Shown here: positions 23,201-48,534 of the stretch, one piece after another
Numbering within the stretch: position 1 is the first letter of the stretch
How the letters are laid out: the number at the start of each line of letters is the position of its first letter
Assembly (NCBI GenBank): GCA_963716255.1
Contig: OY970303.1
Location: 6,784,001 to 6,848,000, forward strand
Direction: 5' to 3'
Length of the DNA: 64,000 nucleotides
Origin: an uncultured Gemmatimonadales bacterium
GTDB taxonomy: Bacteria > Gemmatimonadota > Gemmatimonadetes > Longimicrobiales > Longimicrobiaceae
The notes under the pieces: model-generated
Seen by the model: only the letters and a program-made list of their open reading frames with translations
Told to the model about the DNA's origin: nothing
Database searches by the model: none
Position numbers and translations under genes: made by a program

Positions 23201-25077
23201 CGCTCGCCCCCGGGCCCGACCTCCTGCGCTTCCTCCGCGAGGAGGCGGTCACCGCCGCCATCCTTCCCCCCGCGGCGCTGGCCGCCATGACGCCGGAGGC
23301 GCTCCCGGCGCTGCGTACGCTGATGTCCGCCGGCGAGGCGTGCCCCGCCGAGGTGGTGGACCGCTGGGCCCCCGGCCGCCGCTTCTTCAACCTGTACGGC
23401 CCCACCGAAGCCACCATCTGCGCCACGGCGGCGGCGTGCGAGCCGGGCGGCGGGCGCCCCCCCATCGGGCGGCCGCTGGCCGGCACCACCGCGTACGTGC
23501 TGGACGCGTACGGAGAGCCGGTCCCCGTCGGCGTCCCCGGCGAGCTGTACGTGGGCGGCGTGGGGGTGGCGCGCGGCTACGGCGGCCGTCCCGAGCCAAC
23601 GGCCGAGCGCTTCGTCCCCGACCGCTTCGGCGAGGCGGGCGCGCGGCTGTACCGCACCGGCGACCGCGCCCGCTGGCGCCCCGACGGCGAGCTGGAGTTC
23701 CTGGGGCGGGTGGACGCGCAGGTAAAGATCCGCGGCTTCCGCGTCGAGCCGGGCGAGATCGAGAGCGTGCTGCGCGGGGAGCCCGGGGTGGCGGACGCCG
23801 TCGTCGTGGTGCGCGAGGACGTCCCCGGCGACCGCCGGATCGTCGCCTACGCGGTGCCGCGGGAGGGAGCGGAGCTGTCGGCGGCGGAGCTGAGCGGCCG
23901 CCTGGCCGGGCGGCTGCCGGAGTACATGGTCCCCCGCCACTTCGTCGCGCTGGAGCGGATCCCGCTCACGCCAAACGGCAAGCTGGACCGCCGGGCCCTC
24001 CCCCGGCCGAGCGTGAGCGGGCGCGACCGGACGATGCCCCGCGACCCCCTGGAGGCCACGCTGGTCCGCGTCTTCGAGGAGGTGCTGGGCGCCACCGGGG
24101 TGGGGCCGCGCGACAGCTTCTTCGAGCTGGGCGGGCACTCGCTCCTGGCGGTGCGGCTCATGTCCGCGCTGTACGGGGCCACGGGAGCACGGCTGCCGCT
24201 GACGACGCTCTTCCGGGCGCCCACCGTGGAGGGGCTGGCCGGGGAGATCCGCCGCGGCGGCGGGGGGGAGGTCCCGGTCCTGGTCCCGCTCCGCGCCACG
24301 GGGAGCCGCGCCCCGCTCGTCCTGGTGCACCCGGGTGGCGGGAGCATCCTGGCCTACGGCGCGCTCGCCGAGCGGCTGGGCGAGGAGCAGCCGGTGTGGG
24401 GCGTGCGCTCGCGCGGCATCGAGGAGGGCGAGCTCCCCAACCGGACCGTCGAGGCGATGGCCCGCGACTACCTGGCCGAGATCCGCGCCCGGTGGCCGGA
24501 GGGGCCGTACCGGCTGGGCGGCTGGTCCATGGGCGGGGTGGTCGCCTTCGAGATGGCGCGGCAGCTGGACGCGGCGGGGGAGGGCGTGGAGACGCTGGTC
24601 CTCATCGACTCGCAGGTCCCCTCGCTGTCCACGCCGGACCGGCCGCCCCCCGGCGGCGGCCTCGTCCTGGCACGGATGTTCGCGCGCGACCTCGGGCTGG
24701 GCGACGACCTTCTGCCCGCGCTCGATGCGGAGGCCGGCGACGGCGGCGAGGCGGCGTACCTGCGCCGGCTGCTCCACGCCGGGCAGGCCGCGGGGCGGCT
24801 TCCCGCGAGCCTCGACCCGTCATTGCTGGAGCGCCTGTACGGCATCTTCCGGATCAACCTGGAGGCGCTGCACGCGTACCGGCCGGGGGAATACGGCGGG
24901 AGCGCCACCCTGCTTCGCGCCGCCGACGGCGATCCGGCCGGGAAACCGGACCTGGGCTGGGGGCGCGTCGTCCGGGGCGGGGTGGACGTGCGAACCGTCC
25001 CCGGCACGCACCACACCATGGTTCGCGAGCCCCGGGCGGAGGCGCTTGCCCGCGAAATGGAGCGCGCGCTCGGGTGA
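8209..25077 (+). CDS. NRPS2, terminal synthetase: (C-A-T)x5-TE, about 5622 aa
   Basis: The true start is ATG 8209, which overlaps the NRPS1 stop (ATGA) and has GGAGG at 8196-8200. The ORF-track extension from 4615 is out-of-frame shadow of NRPS1. Five HHxxxDG C domains, five A domains, five GGHSL T domains and a C-terminal TE. Hand-read codes: DIFHFGLILK, DAFTMAAVCK (Phe-like), DAMHVGGVTK, DSWDVGLIGK, DASIMALICK (aromatic-like). Confidence 0.96.
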   Translation: MSGIADRLAQLSPERRAALQELLRKRPAAAAAPQEIRPLPRDGGSLPASFAQRRLWFVQQMEPRSWAYNMAYPLRLAGGLDARALRRALTAVVARHEALRTTLEERGGEPVQVIHPPAPVRLPTIELRGIAAGAREREARRLVEAEARRPFDLARGPLLRTALLRTGDDEAVVLLAMHHAVTDGWSMEVLVREVSALYAAEQRGEPAQLPPLPVQYADYAAWQRAWLSGETLAEHVGWWRAQLEGAPTLLEMPTDRPRPAVPGDAAAYHGFSLGRAISAALQALARREGATPFMTLLAAWQLLLARYAGQDDVLVGTPIAGRNRRETEGLIGFFVNTLVLRAEVRGEASFADLLRQVRERTLGAYQHQELPFEKLVEELGVERSLAHTPLFQVTFALQNNEQGELSLGGAEVQALERGGSAAKFDLMLSLGEAGDEIGGGLEYRSELWEAATIERMAGHYLAVLEAVAAAPEARLSELQLLGAAERRQVLEEWNRTDAEYPAEPCVHRLFEAQAERAPDAAAVLSGAVRLTYAELNRRADGLAHRLRGLGVGPETRVGLCLERGAEMVACVLAVLKAGGAYVPLDPAHPRDRLAWMLADSGARVLLTQSGLAGGFDGFDGEVVRVDETAPAPAADLAPSHAATAENLAYVLYTSGSTGRPKGVLVQHGSLANLLAATREAFGVGPGDVMPALASYAFDIWLFETLLPLTSGAAVRLVERERILDPDALVEEVSDATLLHAVPALMRRIAQAERERPRLGRLRRAFVGGDRVPADLLAEMRAALPSARISVLYGPTEGTILASTHAVPESGVVEGHPIGRPLGNVRLYVCDAPGNPQPVGVPGELRIGGAGVARGYLGQPGRTAEGFVPDAFSGRPGARLYRAGDRVRRLASGELEFLGRMDQQVKVRGFRIEPGEIEARLREHPGVREAAVLAREDAPGQTRLVAYVVGEADAEALRAYLGRSLPEHMVPGAFVALERLPLTPNGKLDRGALPAPEHEAAAEYVAPRTATEEVLAGIWAEVLGVERVGVTASFFALGGHSLLATRVVSRARQALGVELPLRALFEAPTVAALAERVEALRAAGRGPAAPPIVPVPREGSAPPLSFAQQRLWLVDRIEPGSAAYNMPSALRLRGALDVAALRAALDALVRRHETLRTTFAERGGVPAQVIHPPAAVPLPLVDLRALPAAGREARAERLARAEAMRPFDLARGPLLRCTLLCLGEEDHVLCFTLHHVVGDGWSMQVLVREVSATYGGFVRGEPASLPELPIQYADYAVWQRGWLSGETLERQLDYWRTALADAPPLLDLPTDHPRPPRMTVEGAVHAFSIPAEVVDAMRELSRLEGATLFMTFLAAWNVLLSRRAGQDDVLVGTPIAGRTRVELEGLIGFFVNTLVIRTDLSDAGRLPFRELLGRVRESTLGAYQHQELPFEKLVEELQPERSLQHTPLFQAMFVLQNLERSELRLGGLETAPLAGGGDAAAFDLVLTLAETGDAMHGVLSYRSALWEAETVARMGEQLGVLLRGIAADPSRPVAGIPLLPADERAQVLEGWNRTGRDFPDAPVHELFAAQVERAPDATALVAGELRLSYAELDRESDRLAHHLRRLGVGVESRVAIWLERSPELVVAGLAVLKAGGAFVPLDPAYPVERLAFMLADSGARVVLTREALAGRIPAHEASLVLLDRDPIAAAPQEAPRVEVPREATAYVIYTSGSTGRPKGVAVPHRGVPNLVRVMAGAHRLTPRSRVLQFASPSFDAAVFEIFFTLGTGAALYLPPAGEGPLAGAELAEWLTARGITHLTLSPSALAVIPDQAALPTLETLMLAGEALPAALAERWAPRVPRLLNAYGPTEATVCATIGDPLRQGQPATIGRPVANVRTYVLDPWGGPVPVGVPGELYVGGVGVARGYVNRPGLTAERFVPDGFGREAGGRLYRTGDRARWLASGELEFLGRVDDQVKIRGYRIEPGEIESVLRAHPGVRDAVAVAREDAPGEKRLVAYVVPEEGEELPAAGLRASLAARLPEYMVPAAFVALERLPLTANGKLDRRALPAPERETSPHAGPRTEAEEVLAGIWAEVLRLESVGTGENFFELGGHSLLATQVVSRARQAFGAEVPLKALFESPTVAGLAARIQALRDAGAPAAPPIARVARTEPPPLSFAQQRLWLVDRIEPGSAAYNMPSALRLRGMLDVAALRAGLDALVRRHETLRTVFAEHGGEAVQVVCAPAPSALPVVDLRALPEAELAAGRLAAEEALRPFDLARGPLLRGTLLRLGEEDHVLCLTMHHVVSDGWSMDVLTREVSAFYEAFSRGAEPRLPELPVQYADFAVWQRAWLSGPTLEAQLAYWRERLAGAPAFLELPTDRPRPAAKGHRGGMRALRIGAAAAGELRAFGRREDATPFMTLLAAFSVLLARWSGQADVVVGIPIAGRTRRETEGLIGFFLNTLALRTDLSGDPTFREVLGRVRETTLGAYAHQDLPFERILEEIQPPRSLGHSPVFQVMLNLQNLSAEAPAGLEGLRTERFGSPAPAAKYDLTLYALESDGGIDLSLVYDADLFEDARAAEALAQLGTLLAAAVDDPEQRVSALPLLTEEERRALSCRARGVGTDRAFAGFARGEIEQTIPARFAAQARLHPDRPAVRTRTTTLTYAELDRAAEGVARAILRRRTARPERVALLFEHDAAMIVGMLGVLKAGKTYVPIDPLYPRERSAYVLEDSGAAALVTNRANLELARELAGGRIALVDVDSARAEGPSASTEARRPAAPGEPAYILYTSGSTGRPKGVVQSHRNVLHFIRVYTGNLRIGSDDRLTLFSSYTFDASVMAIYGALLNGATLCPFDWREEAASGVAEWMRREGITLYHSTPTVFRHLAAELAPGERFPAARLVVLGGEEAQRRDLDAFNRHFPPGATLVNGLGPTESTVTLQHFIGRGEEPARSSLSVGHPVEETDVLLLNGVGEQAAVYGVGEIVIRGPHLALGYWGSPERTAAAFTPDPAGGPLRCYRTGDLGRRLPGGGIEFIGRSDFQLKVRGFRVEPGEVEAALREHPAVRQAAAAPWEDDRGERRLAAYWVPAEGADASTAELRAWMRERIPEYMVPSALVRLDALPLTPSGKVDRLALPAPELQRSQAGPAPSTPEEAVLAEIFADVLGRDAVGTGEDFFELGGHSLRATRVVARVREAFGVELPLRALFEAPTVAGLARRVEAAGGAPRPPGGMEGAPAGRPAGGVADRLARLSPERRAALQALRRQPAAPPEIRPRAEDGPAPLSFAQQRLWFLQQMEPRSWAYNLAYPLRIFGALDARTLRRVLAAVVRRHEALRTTLEARGGEPVQVVHPAAPGEMPVLDLRGLPAAAREREAQRLAEAESRRPFDLARGPLLRTTLLRLGDEETVALFTVHHVVSDGWSMGIFVREVSTLYDAVSRGAEAHLPPLPIQYADYAAWQRARLSGETLEEQLAFWREQLWDAPPLLELPTDRPRPAVLDGSGAALPFHVRPAAARALRALGQREGATPFMTLLAAWQLLLGRYAGTEDVVVGTPIAGRTHVELEGLIGFFVNTLVLRTGLSGEASFRELLGRVRESTLAAYQHQEIPFEKLVEELGADRGLDRTPLFQVMLTFQNTETGELVLGGLRLEPFAGAPSRVNADLSFTLGEAGDALTGAMEYRTTLFDPGTVARHLEHFGVLLEEIAADPERDVRELSLLSAAERRKVVAEWNDTAAPRSGRPVHESFDVQAERTPGAVAAVCGSRSLTYAELRRRADLVAARLRARGIGRGSYVPVLLDRGLDVPVALLGVLKSGAAFSPLDVHWPLARIRTILDDLGCGIVLGNDRTPFREEELGRTLLRVDVEDFSAVDPVPGRLDPVEGEDPIYVIYTSGSTGTPKGVVVPHRGIANRFRWMDEYFGTAAAAAVVQTTRHVYDSAVWQLLWPLVNGGRTVLPASDEELAAEPLAALVREHGVTMTDFVPSVFNTLVPQLVGDERLRRGLASLRVVVVGGEQITPATTYAFLGCFPEVRVVNLYGPTEASIGCICHRVTGSEGARIPIGRPIRNTHALVLDGRREPVPVGVPGELYLSGECLGLGYLHDEARTREVFVDHPFPELGYARAYRTGDRVRWRADGNLEYLGRVDQQVKIRGFRIEPGEVEAALRGHPGVREAVVHVREDEPGERRLVAYTVPEGEAVPVAALRSHLRERLPEYMVPAAFVSLEALPLTPGGKLDGRALPAPERTEAGAYVAPRTPVQEVLAGIWAEILRLERVSVEAGFFDLGGHSLLATRVVSRVREALGVELPLRALFEAPTVAALAGRVEALRRSGASAAPPIVPVPRDAPLPPSFAQQRLWFLHQMEPASPAYNMPNALRLRGPLDVAALRAALDALARRHETLRTTFAEVAGAPVQVIHPPAQVELPLLDLRGVPHAEREAERLAAAEALRPFDLARGPLLRSMLLRLGDADHALLFTLHHVVSDGWSMDVLTREVSALYDAFSRGGEPRLPELPVQYADFAVWQRSWLTGETLEAQLGYWRGRLAGAPPLLEIPTDRPRAVGQDPRAAAHAFLLPPGLSRRLRELSRGEGTTLFMTLLAGWQALLGRWSGQDDVVVGTAVAGRSRRETEGLIGFFVNLLALRADLSGDPAWAALLGRTREAALGAYDHQELPFDRLVEELGVERSLTHSPVFQTNFTLEQSGGGGGGPAPAGPGLEPFAAGTRAAKFDLDLVMGDAGEALAGTIVYRPALFDAGTVARMAAHLAALVEAMAADPRSRVSAAPLLGGAERAQLLEEWSATSAAAPPACFHELFAEQAARTPEAVAVVSPGATLSYAELEREANRLAGHLRRRGVGPEARVAVCLERGADGVVALLGVLAAGGVYVPLDPAYPAERLAYVLADSGARLLLTRRPLLDRLPAHAGETVCLDADGGRIAAESARAPGAGVLPENLAYVIYTSGTTGRPKGVLVPHRGLAAVARAQARQAGVGAGDRLLQFASPGFDASVSEMTMALASGATLVSGTRDALAPGPDLLRFLREEAVTAAILPPAALAAMTPEALPALRTLMSAGEACPAEVVDRWAPGRRFFNLYGPTEATICATAAACEPGGGRPPIGRPLAGTTAYVLDAYGEPVPVGVPGELYVGGVGVARGYGGRPEPTAERFVPDRFGEAGARLYRTGDRARWRPDGELEFLGRVDAQVKIRGFRVEPGEIESVLRGEPGVADAVVVVREDVPGDRRIVAYAVPREGAELSAAELSGRLAGRLPEYMVPRHFVALERIPLTPNGKLDRRALPRPSVSGRDRTMPRDPLEATLVRVFEEVLGATGVGPRDSFFELGGHSLLAVRLMSALYGATGARLPLTTLFRAPTVEGLAGEIRRGGGGEVPVLVPLRATGSRAPLVLVHPGGGSILAYGALAERLGEEQPVWGVRSRGIEEGELPNRTVEAMARDYLAEIRARWPEGPYRLGGWSMGGVVAFEMARQLDAAGEGVETLVLIDSQVPSLSTPDRPPPGGGLVLARMFARDLGLGDDLLPALDAEAGDGGEAAYLRRLLHAGQAAGRLPASLDPSLLERLYGIFRINLEALHAYRPGEYGGSATLLRAADGDPAGKPDLGWGRVVRGGVDVRTVPGTHHTMVREPRAEALAREMERALG
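8320..11337 (+). repeat. Module duplication, copy 2 (C-A-T of NRPS2 module 1)
   Basis: Same sequence as 1796-4813 shifted by 6524 bp. Similarity drops just after the T-domain GGHSLLA motif. Confidence 0.93.
24277..25074 (+). other. Type I thioesterase domain of NRPS2 (chain release for line A)
   Basis: LVHPGGG, GWSMG nucleophile motif (Ser codon 24526-24528), LVLIDS and VPGTHHTM, all after the last T domain. Confidence 0.93.
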
Positions 25078-25112
25078 AAGCGGATCCGCCTGGAACGGCA
25101 GGGTACGGCGGG

Positions 25113-25249
25113 TTTCGGGCGTGCCCCCGGCTGGCGCCGGGGCCGGGCTTCGGCTCCGTAGAGCAGCAAACAACGCTGCTCAACGGAGTCGAGCCCCGGC
25201 GGAAACAGCCCCGCCGGGTCTCGCCCCTTCGGGCCGAAATCCCTCACGC
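25113..25249. repeat. Multi-hairpin palindromic element (MITE/REP-like or structured RNA)
   Basis: GCGTG (25119-23) and CACGC (25245-49) could close the element. Internal stems: CCCCGGC/GCCGGGG; TCGGCTCCGT-A-GAGCAGC-loop-GCTGCTC-A-ACGGAGTCGA; CCCGGCGG/CCGCCGGG; and a CC-TTCG-GG tetraloop. Confidence 0.65.
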
Positions 25250-25279
25250 GGGGTGGGCGCTGGCGTCCGCAAGGGTGGG

Positions 25280-25317
25280 CCCCCTCACCCCCCGCGAGCG
25301 GGCGAAAGGGGGAGAAC
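25280..25317. repeat. Intergenic REP-like hairpin (CCCCCTCACCC...AGGGGGAGAAC)
   Basis: CCCCCT/AGGGGG outer stem and CCCGC/GCGGG inner stem. Resembles the intragenic elements at 56743 and 63067. Confidence 0.5.
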
Positions 25318-25337
25318 CGCACGGCATCCCTGCCTTC

Positions 25338-25364
25338 GGCGCCTCGCGGATGACGCGGGGCGCC
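25338..25364 (+). terminator. GC-rich hairpin downstream of NRPS2, possible terminator or RNA-stability stem
   Basis: GGCGCCTCGCG/CGCGGGGCGCC, an 11 bp stem with one G-T pair and a GATGA loop. There is no U-tract, so the function is uncertain. Confidence 0.3.
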
Positions 25365-25507
25365 TGATCGACCCGGGTTCCGTATGAAACCGCACCGGGC
25401 ACGAGCCGGAGCCGCGGGGCTGCCGCCCGCGCTCTCCACCCGGCGGCCGACCGCGCGGTGTTTCGGTGCGCCGGCGCGCCGCGGGGGCTCCCGACGGGGC
25501 ACCCCGA

Positions 25508-25596
25508 CTTATATGTTCTGACACTACAGGATACGATTGGATGTCGTGTAATAGAAGACAGCAAATGTCATACGTGGTGTGCCGTATGGGTTTTGG
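25508..25596 (+). promoter_or_regulatory. AT-rich promoter-like island upstream of NRPS3
   Basis: The most AT-rich stretch I saw in the window, about 200 bp before the FAAL start. Candidate TTATAT-N17-TACGAT (25509-25537) and inverted repeat CATACG-N8-CGTATG (25569-25588). Confidence 0.5.
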
Positions 25597-25788
25597 AAGG
25601 GATCCGGTGGGTGCTGAAGCCGGCGTGCTCCCACGGCGCCTCCCGCGCGGCCCGGCGCGGCCGACCGTCCGGCGGAGAACACCCGGCGGGAGAGGCTTTT
25701 GCCTCGCGCGGCATCCTGTGCTCCGCCGCGAGGGAGCAGGCGCCCGCGCCTGCAAGCCGTTCGAAGCGACTCCCGGCCTCCGCACCCC

Positions 25789-41829
<16,041 letters not shown>

Positions 41830-41869
41830 CGGTCCGGAACCACCGCCACATCCACGTGCGCTGCCATTC

Positions 41870-44800
41870 ATGAGCCGAGACGCGACGAGCGGGGCAGGAA
41901 AGCTTCTCAGCGGACTGTCGCCCGAAAAGAGGCGGCTGCTCCTGCGGGACATGCTGCGCGAAAGAAAGGTCGCCGGGGACCGGGACCGGATCCCCCGGCG
42001 GGATTCCACCGGGCCGGCGCCGCTGTCGTTCGCGCAGCAGCGGCTGTGGGTGGTGGACCGGCTGGAGCCCGGGAGCGCCGCCTACAACATGCCTTCCGCG
42101 CTGCGGCTGCGGGGCGCGCTGGACACGGCCGCGCTGCGGGCGACCCTGGACGAGGTCGCGCGGCGGCACGAAGCGCTGCGGACCACGTTCGAGGAGCGCG
42201 ACGGCGCGCCCGTGCAGGTCGTCCGGCCGCCCGCTCCCGTGCCGCTGCCGGTGCTCGACCTGCGGGCCCTCCCCCGGGCGGCGCGGGAGCGGCAGGCGCG
42301 CGGGCTCGCGGACGACGAGGCGAGGCTTCCCTTCGACCTCGTCCACGGTCCGCTGCTGCGCGCCCGCCTCATTCGGCTGGGGGACGAGGACCACGTGCTC
42401 TGCTTCACGCTTCACCACGTCGTCAGCGACGGGTGGAGCATGGGCGTGCTCGTGCGCGAGGTTTCCGGGCTCTACGGCGCCCTGAGCCGGGGCCTGGAGC
42501 CGCAGCTGCCGGAGCTGCCGGTGCAGTACGCCGACTACGCCGTGTGGCAGCGGAGCGGGCCCGGGGAGGACGCCCTGGAGGGGCAGCTGGCGTACTGGAG
42601 GGAGCGGCTGGCGGGCGCGCCGCGGCTCCTGGAGATCCCCACGGACCGCCCGCGGGTGGCGGGGCAGGACGCGCGCGCGGGGAATCATCTCTTCACCCTC
42701 CCCGTGGAGCTGTCGCGGGGGCTGCGGGAGCTCGCGCACCGGGAGGGCGCGACGCTCTTCATGGCGCTGCTCGCCGCCTGGCAGACGCTGCTGGGGCGCT
42801 ATGCCGGGCAGGACGACGTGGTCGTGGGGAGTCCGGCCGCGGGACGGACGCGGGACGAGACGGAGGGGCTGATCGGCTTCTTCGTCAACATGCTGGCGCT
42901 GCGCGGCGACCTGTCGGGGGATCCCACCTGGACCGAGCTTCTGGGGCGGGCGCGGCGGACGGCGCTGGAAGCGTACGCGCGCCAGGAGCTTCCCTTCGAG
43001 CGCCTGGTGGAGGCGCTGGTCGTGGAGCGCAGCCTCACGCACGCGCCGCTCTTCCAGGTGGTCTTCACCCTCGACCAGGGCGCCGAGCCGGACGAGCGGC
43101 TGCGGCTGGGCGACCTTGAGCTGGAGCGGTTCGGGGAGGGCTCCGGGGTCGCGCAGTTCGACCTGGACCTCACCGTGCGGGACTCCGGGGACAGCATCGG
43201 CGGGACGCTGGCCTACCGGAGCGCGCTGTTCGAGGCGGCGACCATCGCGCGCATGGCGGGGCACCTGGAGGGGGTGCTGGAGGCCATGGTGGCCGGCCCG
43301 CGGCGGCGCCTGTCGGAGCTGTCGCTGGCGAGCGGGGCGGAGCGGGCGCAGGTGCAGCACGCCTGGAACGCGACCGCCCGCGAGTTCCCGGGCGGACGCT
43401 GCCTCCACGAGCTGATCGCGGAGCACGCGCGGCGCACCCCGGACGCGCCCGCCGTGGTCTTCGAGGGACGCGCGATCTCCCACGCCGAGCTGGACGCCCG
43501 GGCGAACCGGCTGGCGCACGGCCTCCGCGGGCGGGGCGTCGGGCCCGAGGTGCGGGTGGGGATCGCCGTGGACAGGGGACCGGAGCTGGCCCTGGCGCTC
43601 CTGGCCGTGCTCAAGGCCGGCGGCGCGTACGTGCCGCTGGACCCCGCCTATCCCGCCGCGCGCATCGCCCACGTGCTCCGCGACTCCGGCGCCGCCCTGC
43701 TGCTGACCCAGGAGCACCTGGCCGGACGCCTCTCCGCGGACGGGATCCCCACGACCGCCCTGGAAGCGCTCCGGGAGGAGACAGAGACCGGGCCCGCGCA
43801 CGCCCCGGAGAGCGGGGTTTCCGCGCAGAACCTCGCCTACGTCATCTACACCTCGGGGTCCACGGGCACGCCCAAGGGGGCCGCCGTCCCGCACCGCGCC
43901 GTCGTCAACCTCGCTGTTGACATGTCGCAGCGTCTCGGGCTCCGGCCGGACGACCGCTTCCTCCAGTTCGCCTCGCCGGGCTTCGACGTGGTGGTGGAGG
44001 AGGTCTTCCCCGCCTGGCTCGCCGGCGCCGCCGTGGTGTTCTCGCGCGAGGAGCTGTTCGTGCCCGGGACGCTGCTGCGCGTGGCCGCCGGCGAGGGAGT
44101 CACGGTCATGGAGCTGCCCACGGCCTACTGGCACGAGTGGGTGCGCGAGCTGACCCTGCGGCGGCAGCGTCTCCCCGGGTGCGTGCGCCTGGTCCTGGTG
44201 GGGGGCGAGCGCCTTTCCGCCGAGCGGCTGCGCGAGTGGGCGGAGCTGCGCGCCGCGCTGGTGCACGTCTTCGGGCTGACGGAGACCGCGTGCACCTCGA
44301 CCACCCTGCACCTGGCCCCGGGCGACGACGGGTCGCGCTGGGGCAGCCTGCCCATCGGGCGGCCCACCGGCAACGTGCGCGTGTACGTGCTGGACCGGTG
44401 GGGACAGCTGCTCCCCCCCGGCATCGCCGGGGAATTGTTCATCGGCGGCGAGGGCGTGGGGCGCGGCTACCTGGGGCGGCCGGAGCTGACGGCGGAGCGC
44501 TTCCTCCCGGACGCGCTCGGGGGCGAGGCGGGCTCGCGGCTGTACCGGACGGGGGACCGGGTGCGCTGGCTGGCGGACGGGACGCTGGAGTTCCTGGGCC
44601 GCGTGGACGAGCAGGTGAAGGTGCGCGGGTTCCGGATCGAGCCGGGGGAGGTGGAGGCGGCGCTGCTGGGACACGCGGCGGTGCGGGAGGCGGTGGTGGC
44701 GGTGCGGGAGGATCCCGCCTTCGGCGTGCCGGGGGACAGGCGGCTGGTCGGCTACGTGGTCGCCGAGGAGGGGGCGGAGCTCTCGGGCGCGGAATTGCGG

Positions 44801-47800
44801 GCGCACCTGGCCGCGCGGCTGCCGGAGCACCTGGTGCCGGGAGCGTTCGTGGTCCTGGCGAGCCTGCCGCTGACCCTCAACGGCAAGGTGGACCGGGCGG
44901 CGCTGCCGGCGCCGGAGCACGGGGGCGAAGCGGCGTACGTGGCGCCGGGGACGCCCACGGAGGAGGTGCTGGCGGGGATCTGGGCGGAGGTGCTGGGGCT
45001 GGAGCGGGTGGGGGTGGAGGCGAGCTTCTTCGAGCTGGGCGGGCACTCGCTGCTGGCGACGCAGGTGGTCTCCCGGGCGCGGCACGCGCTCGGGGTGGAG
45101 GTGCCGCTGCGGGCCCTGTTCGAAGCGCCCACGGTGGCCGGGCTGGCCGGCCGCATCGACGCGCTGCGGAGCGAGGGCGCCCCGCCGGCGCCGCCCATCG
45201 AGCGGTTCCCGCGCGGAGGGGGCGAAGGCCTGCCGCTGTCCTTCGCCCAGCAGCGATTGTGGCTGGTGGACCGGATGGAGCCGGGGAGCGCCGCCTACAA
45301 CGTCCCCGCCGCGCTGCGGCTGCGGGGAGCGCTGGACGTGGCCGCCCTGCGGGCGAGCCTGGACGCGCTGGTGCGGCGGCACGAGACGCTGCGCACCACG
45401 TTCGCCGAGCGCGGCGGCGCGCCCGTGCAGGCGGTCCATCCGCCCGCCCCGGTCCCGCTGCCGGTCGTGGACCTGGGCCGGCTGCCCGCCGGGGCGCGGG
45501 AGCGGCACGCCGAGCGGCTGGCGAGGGCGGAGGCGCTGCGGCCCTTCGACCTGGCCCGGGGACCGCTCGTGCGGAGCACGCTGCTCCACCTGGGCGGCGG
45601 GGACCACGCGCTGTTCTTCACGCTCCACCACGTCGTCAGCGATGAGTGGAGCATGGAGGTGCTGGTGCGCGAAGTGTCCGCCCTCTACGCCGCCTTCGGC
45701 CGGGGCGAGCCGCCGCAGCTCCCGGAGCTGCCGGTGCAGTACGCCGACTACGCCGTGTGGCAGCGGCGCCGGCTGAGCGGCGCCGTGCTGGAGGAGCAGC
45801 TGGCCTTCTGGAAGGAGGAGCTGGCCGGGGCGCCGCCGCTGCTGGAGCTGCCCGTGGACCATCCGCGCACGCAGGCGCCGGGGGATGCGCGCGCCGCCGG
45901 CCACACGTTCGCGCTGGGCGCGGAGGTGTCGCGGGCGCTGCGGGCGCTGTCGCGGCGCGAGGGGGCCACGCTGTTCATGACGCTGCTGGCCGCCTGGCAG
46001 GCGCTCCTGGGGCGCTGGGCCGGGGAGGACGACGTGGTCGTGGGAACCCCCATCGCCGGGCGGACGCGGGCGGAGACGGAGGGGCTGATCGGCTTCTTCG
46101 TCAACCTGCTGGCGCTGCGCGGCGACCTGTCGGGGGATCCCACCTGGAGCGAGCTGCTGGGGCGGACGCGGGAAGCGGCGCTGGGGGCGTACGCGCACCA
46201 GGAGCTTCCCTTCGAGCGCCTGGTGGAGGAGCTGGGCGTGGAGCGCAGCCTCGCGCACTCCCCCGTCTTCCAGACGGTGTTCGCCCTGGGCCGGCCCGGC
46301 GGGCGCGGCGCGCGGCTGTCGCTGGGCGACGTGGAGCTGGCGCCGTTCGGCGCGGGTGCGGAGGTCGCCCGCTTCGACGTGAGCCTGACGATGACGGACG
46401 GGGCGGAGGGGCTGGGCGGGACCTTCCTCTACCGCGAAGCGCTGTTCGAGGCGGCGACCGTGGCGCGCATGGCCGGGCACCTGGCGGCCGTGCTGGAGGC
46501 GATGGCGGCCGACCCGGGGCGGCGGGCCTCCTCGCTGTCGCTGCTGCGCGGGGCGGAGCGCGCGCAGGTGCTCGAAGCCTGGAACGCCACCGCGGCGGAG
46601 GTCCCGGGGGAGTGCGTGCACGAGCGGTTCGCCGCTCAGGCGGAGCGCACCCCCGCGGCCGTGGCGGTCCGCTCCGCCGGGGGGACGCTCACCTACGCCG
46701 AGCTGGAGCGCCGCTCCGGCCGGCTGGCGCGCCACCTCCGGCGCCGCGGCGTCGGGCCTGAGGTGGCGGTGGGGCTGCTCCTGGAGCGCTCGGCGGAGAT
46801 GGTCGTCGCCGTGCTCGCCGTCCTCCGGGCCGGCGGCGCCTACCTCCCCCTGGACCCGCGCCATCCCCCCGAGCGCCTGCGCCGCCTGCTGGCGGACGCG
46901 GGCGCGCCGGTGCTGCTGACCCAGGCGAGCCTGGCCGCGCGCGTGGAGGGGTGCCCGTGCGCCGTGGTCCGCCTGGACGCCGACGCCGCCGCGATCGCGG
47001 GCGAGCCGGAGGGGGCGCCCGCGGTCCGGGTGGATGCGAGGGGCGCCGCCTGCGTGATCCACACCTCCGGCTCCACGGGCACGCCCAGGGGAGTGGTCGT
47101 CGAGCACGGCGGCCTGGCCAACTACCTCCGCTTCTTCGACCGCGAGGTGCTGGGGGCGGAGGGCTTCGCGCTGCCGCTGGTGTCGCGGCTCGCCTTCGAC
47201 GCGCACGTGCGGCAGCTCTTCCCGCCGCTGCTGCGGGGCGGGGCGGTGTGGGTGCTGCCGGAGGAGACGGCCACGGACCCGGCGGCGCTGCTGGAGGCGC
47301 TGTCGGGGGAGGAGCGGGTGTCGTTCGGGGGGGTGCCGTCGCTGTGGAGCGCGATGCTGGAGCGGGTGGAGCGCGGCGAGGCGGCCGCGCCGCGGGGGCT
47401 GGTGGCGGTGCTGCTGGGGGGAGAGGCGCTGCCGGAGGCGCTGGCGCGGCGGACGCGCGCGATGTTCCCGGGGGTGGCGATCTGGAACCACTACGGTCCC
47501 ACGGAAGCCACGGTCAACACCACCGTGGCGCGGCTGGACGGGGCGGGGCGGCCGAGCCTGGGCCGGCCCATCGCCAACGTGCGCGTCTACGTGCTGGACG
47601 CGCGGGGGGAGCCCTCGCCGCTGGGGGCGCCGGGCGAGCTGTACGTGGGCGGGGCGGGGGTGACCCGCGGGTACCTGGGGCGGCCCGAGCTGACGGCGGA
47701 GCGGTTCGTCCCGGACGCGCTCGGCGGCGGGGTGGGCGCGCGGCTGTACCGCACGGGCGACCGGGTGCGCTGGCTCCCCGCCGGCGAGCTGGATTTCCTG

Positions 47801-48481
47801 GGCCGCATCGACCACCAGCTCAAGATCCGCGGATTCCGCGTGGAGCCGGGGGAGATCGAGGCGGCGCTGCGGACGCACGAGCAGGTGCGGGAAGCCGTGG
47901 TGCTCCTGCGCGAGGACGTGCCCGGCCGGCAGCGGCTGGTGGCGTACGTGGCCGGCGGATCGGGGACGCAGGTGTCGCCGGCGGAGCTGCGGGGCCGCCT
48001 GGCGGAGCTCCGCCGGCACGTGGCGGAGCGGCTGCCGGAGTACATGGTGCCGGCGGCGTTCGTGGCGCTGGAGAGCATTCCCACGACCTCCGGCGGCAAG
48101 GTCGACCGGCGGGCGCTCCCGGCCCCGGAGTGGGAGACCGAGGAGGAGCACGTGGCGCCGCGCACGGTGGTGGAGGAGCTGGTCGCCGGGATCTGGGCGG
48201 AGGTGCTGGAGACCGAGCGCGTGGGGGTGACGGCGAGCTTCTTCGCGCTGGGAGGGCACTCGCTGCTTGCCACGCAGGTGGTCTCGCGCCTGGCGGAAAC
48301 GCTCGGCGTCGAGGTGCCGCTGCGGACGCTGTTCGAGATGCCCACCGTGGAAGCGCTGTCCAGCTTCGTGGAGGACCGGCTGCTCGGCGCCCTGGAGCCC
48401 GGCCAGGTGGCGGAGCACCTGGAGCGGCTGGGGCCCGACGAAGACCTCGACGCGGCCCGGACCCGGGACCCGGCCGCGTAG
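41870..48481 (+). CDS. NRPS4: C-A-T-C-A-T, about 2203 aa
   Basis: ATG 41870 lies 40 bp after the NRPS3 stop and gives a docking-like N-terminus ([20 protein letters not shown]). C motifs HHVVSDG and HHVVSDE. Hand-read codes: DVEELGVCTK (basic-residue-like) and DARGLGHVNK (acidic-residue-like). Confidence 0.95.
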   Translation: MSRDATSGAGKLLSGLSPEKRRLLLRDMLRERKVAGDRDRIPRRDSTGPAPLSFAQQRLWVVDRLEPGSAAYNMPSALRLRGALDTAALRATLDEVARRHEALRTTFEERDGAPVQVVRPPAPVPLPVLDLRALPRAARERQARGLADDEARLPFDLVHGPLLRARLIRLGDEDHVLCFTLHHVVSDGWSMGVLVREVSGLYGALSRGLEPQLPELPVQYADYAVWQRSGPGEDALEGQLAYWRERLAGAPRLLEIPTDRPRVAGQDARAGNHLFTLPVELSRGLRELAHREGATLFMALLAAWQTLLGRYAGQDDVVVGSPAAGRTRDETEGLIGFFVNMLALRGDLSGDPTWTELLGRARRTALEAYARQELPFERLVEALVVERSLTHAPLFQVVFTLDQGAEPDERLRLGDLELERFGEGSGVAQFDLDLTVRDSGDSIGGTLAYRSALFEAATIARMAGHLEGVLEAMVAGPRRRLSELSLASGAERAQVQHAWNATAREFPGGRCLHELIAEHARRTPDAPAVVFEGRAISHAELDARANRLAHGLRGRGVGPEVRVGIAVDRGPELALALLAVLKAGGAYVPLDPAYPAARIAHVLRDSGAALLLTQEHLAGRLSADGIPTTALEALREETETGPAHAPESGVSAQNLAYVIYTSGSTGTPKGAAVPHRAVVNLAVDMSQRLGLRPDDRFLQFASPGFDVVVEEVFPAWLAGAAVVFSREELFVPGTLLRVAAGEGVTVMELPTAYWHEWVRELTLRRQRLPGCVRLVLVGGERLSAERLREWAELRAALVHVFGLTETACTSTTLHLAPGDDGSRWGSLPIGRPTGNVRVYVLDRWGQLLPPGIAGELFIGGEGVGRGYLGRPELTAERFLPDALGGEAGSRLYRTGDRVRWLADGTLEFLGRVDEQVKVRGFRIEPGEVEAALLGHAAVREAVVAVREDPAFGVPGDRRLVGYVVAEEGAELSGAELRAHLAARLPEHLVPGAFVVLASLPLTLNGKVDRAALPAPEHGGEAAYVAPGTPTEEVLAGIWAEVLGLERVGVEASFFELGGHSLLATQVVSRARHALGVEVPLRALFEAPTVAGLAGRIDALRSEGAPPAPPIERFPRGGGEGLPLSFAQQRLWLVDRMEPGSAAYNVPAALRLRGALDVAALRASLDALVRRHETLRTTFAERGGAPVQAVHPPAPVPLPVVDLGRLPAGARERHAERLARAEALRPFDLARGPLVRSTLLHLGGGDHALFFTLHHVVSDEWSMEVLVREVSALYAAFGRGEPPQLPELPVQYADYAVWQRRRLSGAVLEEQLAFWKEELAGAPPLLELPVDHPRTQAPGDARAAGHTFALGAEVSRALRALSRREGATLFMTLLAAWQALLGRWAGEDDVVVGTPIAGRTRAETEGLIGFFVNLLALRGDLSGDPTWSELLGRTREAALGAYAHQELPFERLVEELGVERSLAHSPVFQTVFALGRPGGRGARLSLGDVELAPFGAGAEVARFDVSLTMTDGAEGLGGTFLYREALFEAATVARMAGHLAAVLEAMAADPGRRASSLSLLRGAERAQVLEAWNATAAEVPGECVHERFAAQAERTPAAVAVRSAGGTLTYAELERRSGRLARHLRRRGVGPEVAVGLLLERSAEMVVAVLAVLRAGGAYLPLDPRHPPERLRRLLADAGAPVLLTQASLAARVEGCPCAVVRLDADAAAIAGEPEGAPAVRVDARGAACVIHTSGSTGTPRGVVVEHGGLANYLRFFDREVLGAEGFALPLVSRLAFDAHVRQLFPPLLRGGAVWVLPEETATDPAALLEALSGEERVSFGGVPSLWSAMLERVERGEAAAPRGLVAVLLGGEALPEALARRTRAMFPGVAIWNHYGPTEATVNTTVARLDGAGRPSLGRPIANVRVYVLDARGEPSPLGAPGELYVGGAGVTRGYLGRPELTAERFVPDALGGGVGARLYRTGDRVRWLPAGELDFLGRIDHQLKIRGFRVEPGEIEAALRTHEQVREAVVLLREDVPGRQRLVAYVAGGSGTQVSPAELRGRLAELRRHVAERLPEYMVPAAFVALESIPTTSGGKVDRRALPAPEWETEEEHVAPRTVVEELVAGIWAEVLETERVGVTASFFALGGHSLLATQVVSRLAETLGVEVPLRTLFEMPTVEALSSFVEDRLLGALEPGQVAEHLERLGPDEDLDAARTRDPAA

Positions 48482-48534
48482 GCGAGTTCCGTAGTTTCGT
48501 AGCAGAGATCCGCATTTCATCGACATTGCCGCAC

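Noticed and set aside
7879..24777. 5632 aa minus-strand ORF (likewise 25285-36402, 36742-42009, 41747-48898 and 49840-63981)
   Set aside because: These are antisense shadows of high-GC3 NRPS genes. They have no recognisable motifs of their own and repeat with the module periodicity.
25113..25249. tRNA or known riboswitch interpretation of the multi-hairpin element
   Set aside because: No T-arm GTTCRA, D-loop or acceptor geometry, and no aptamer consensus that I recognise. Kept only as an unnamed structured element.
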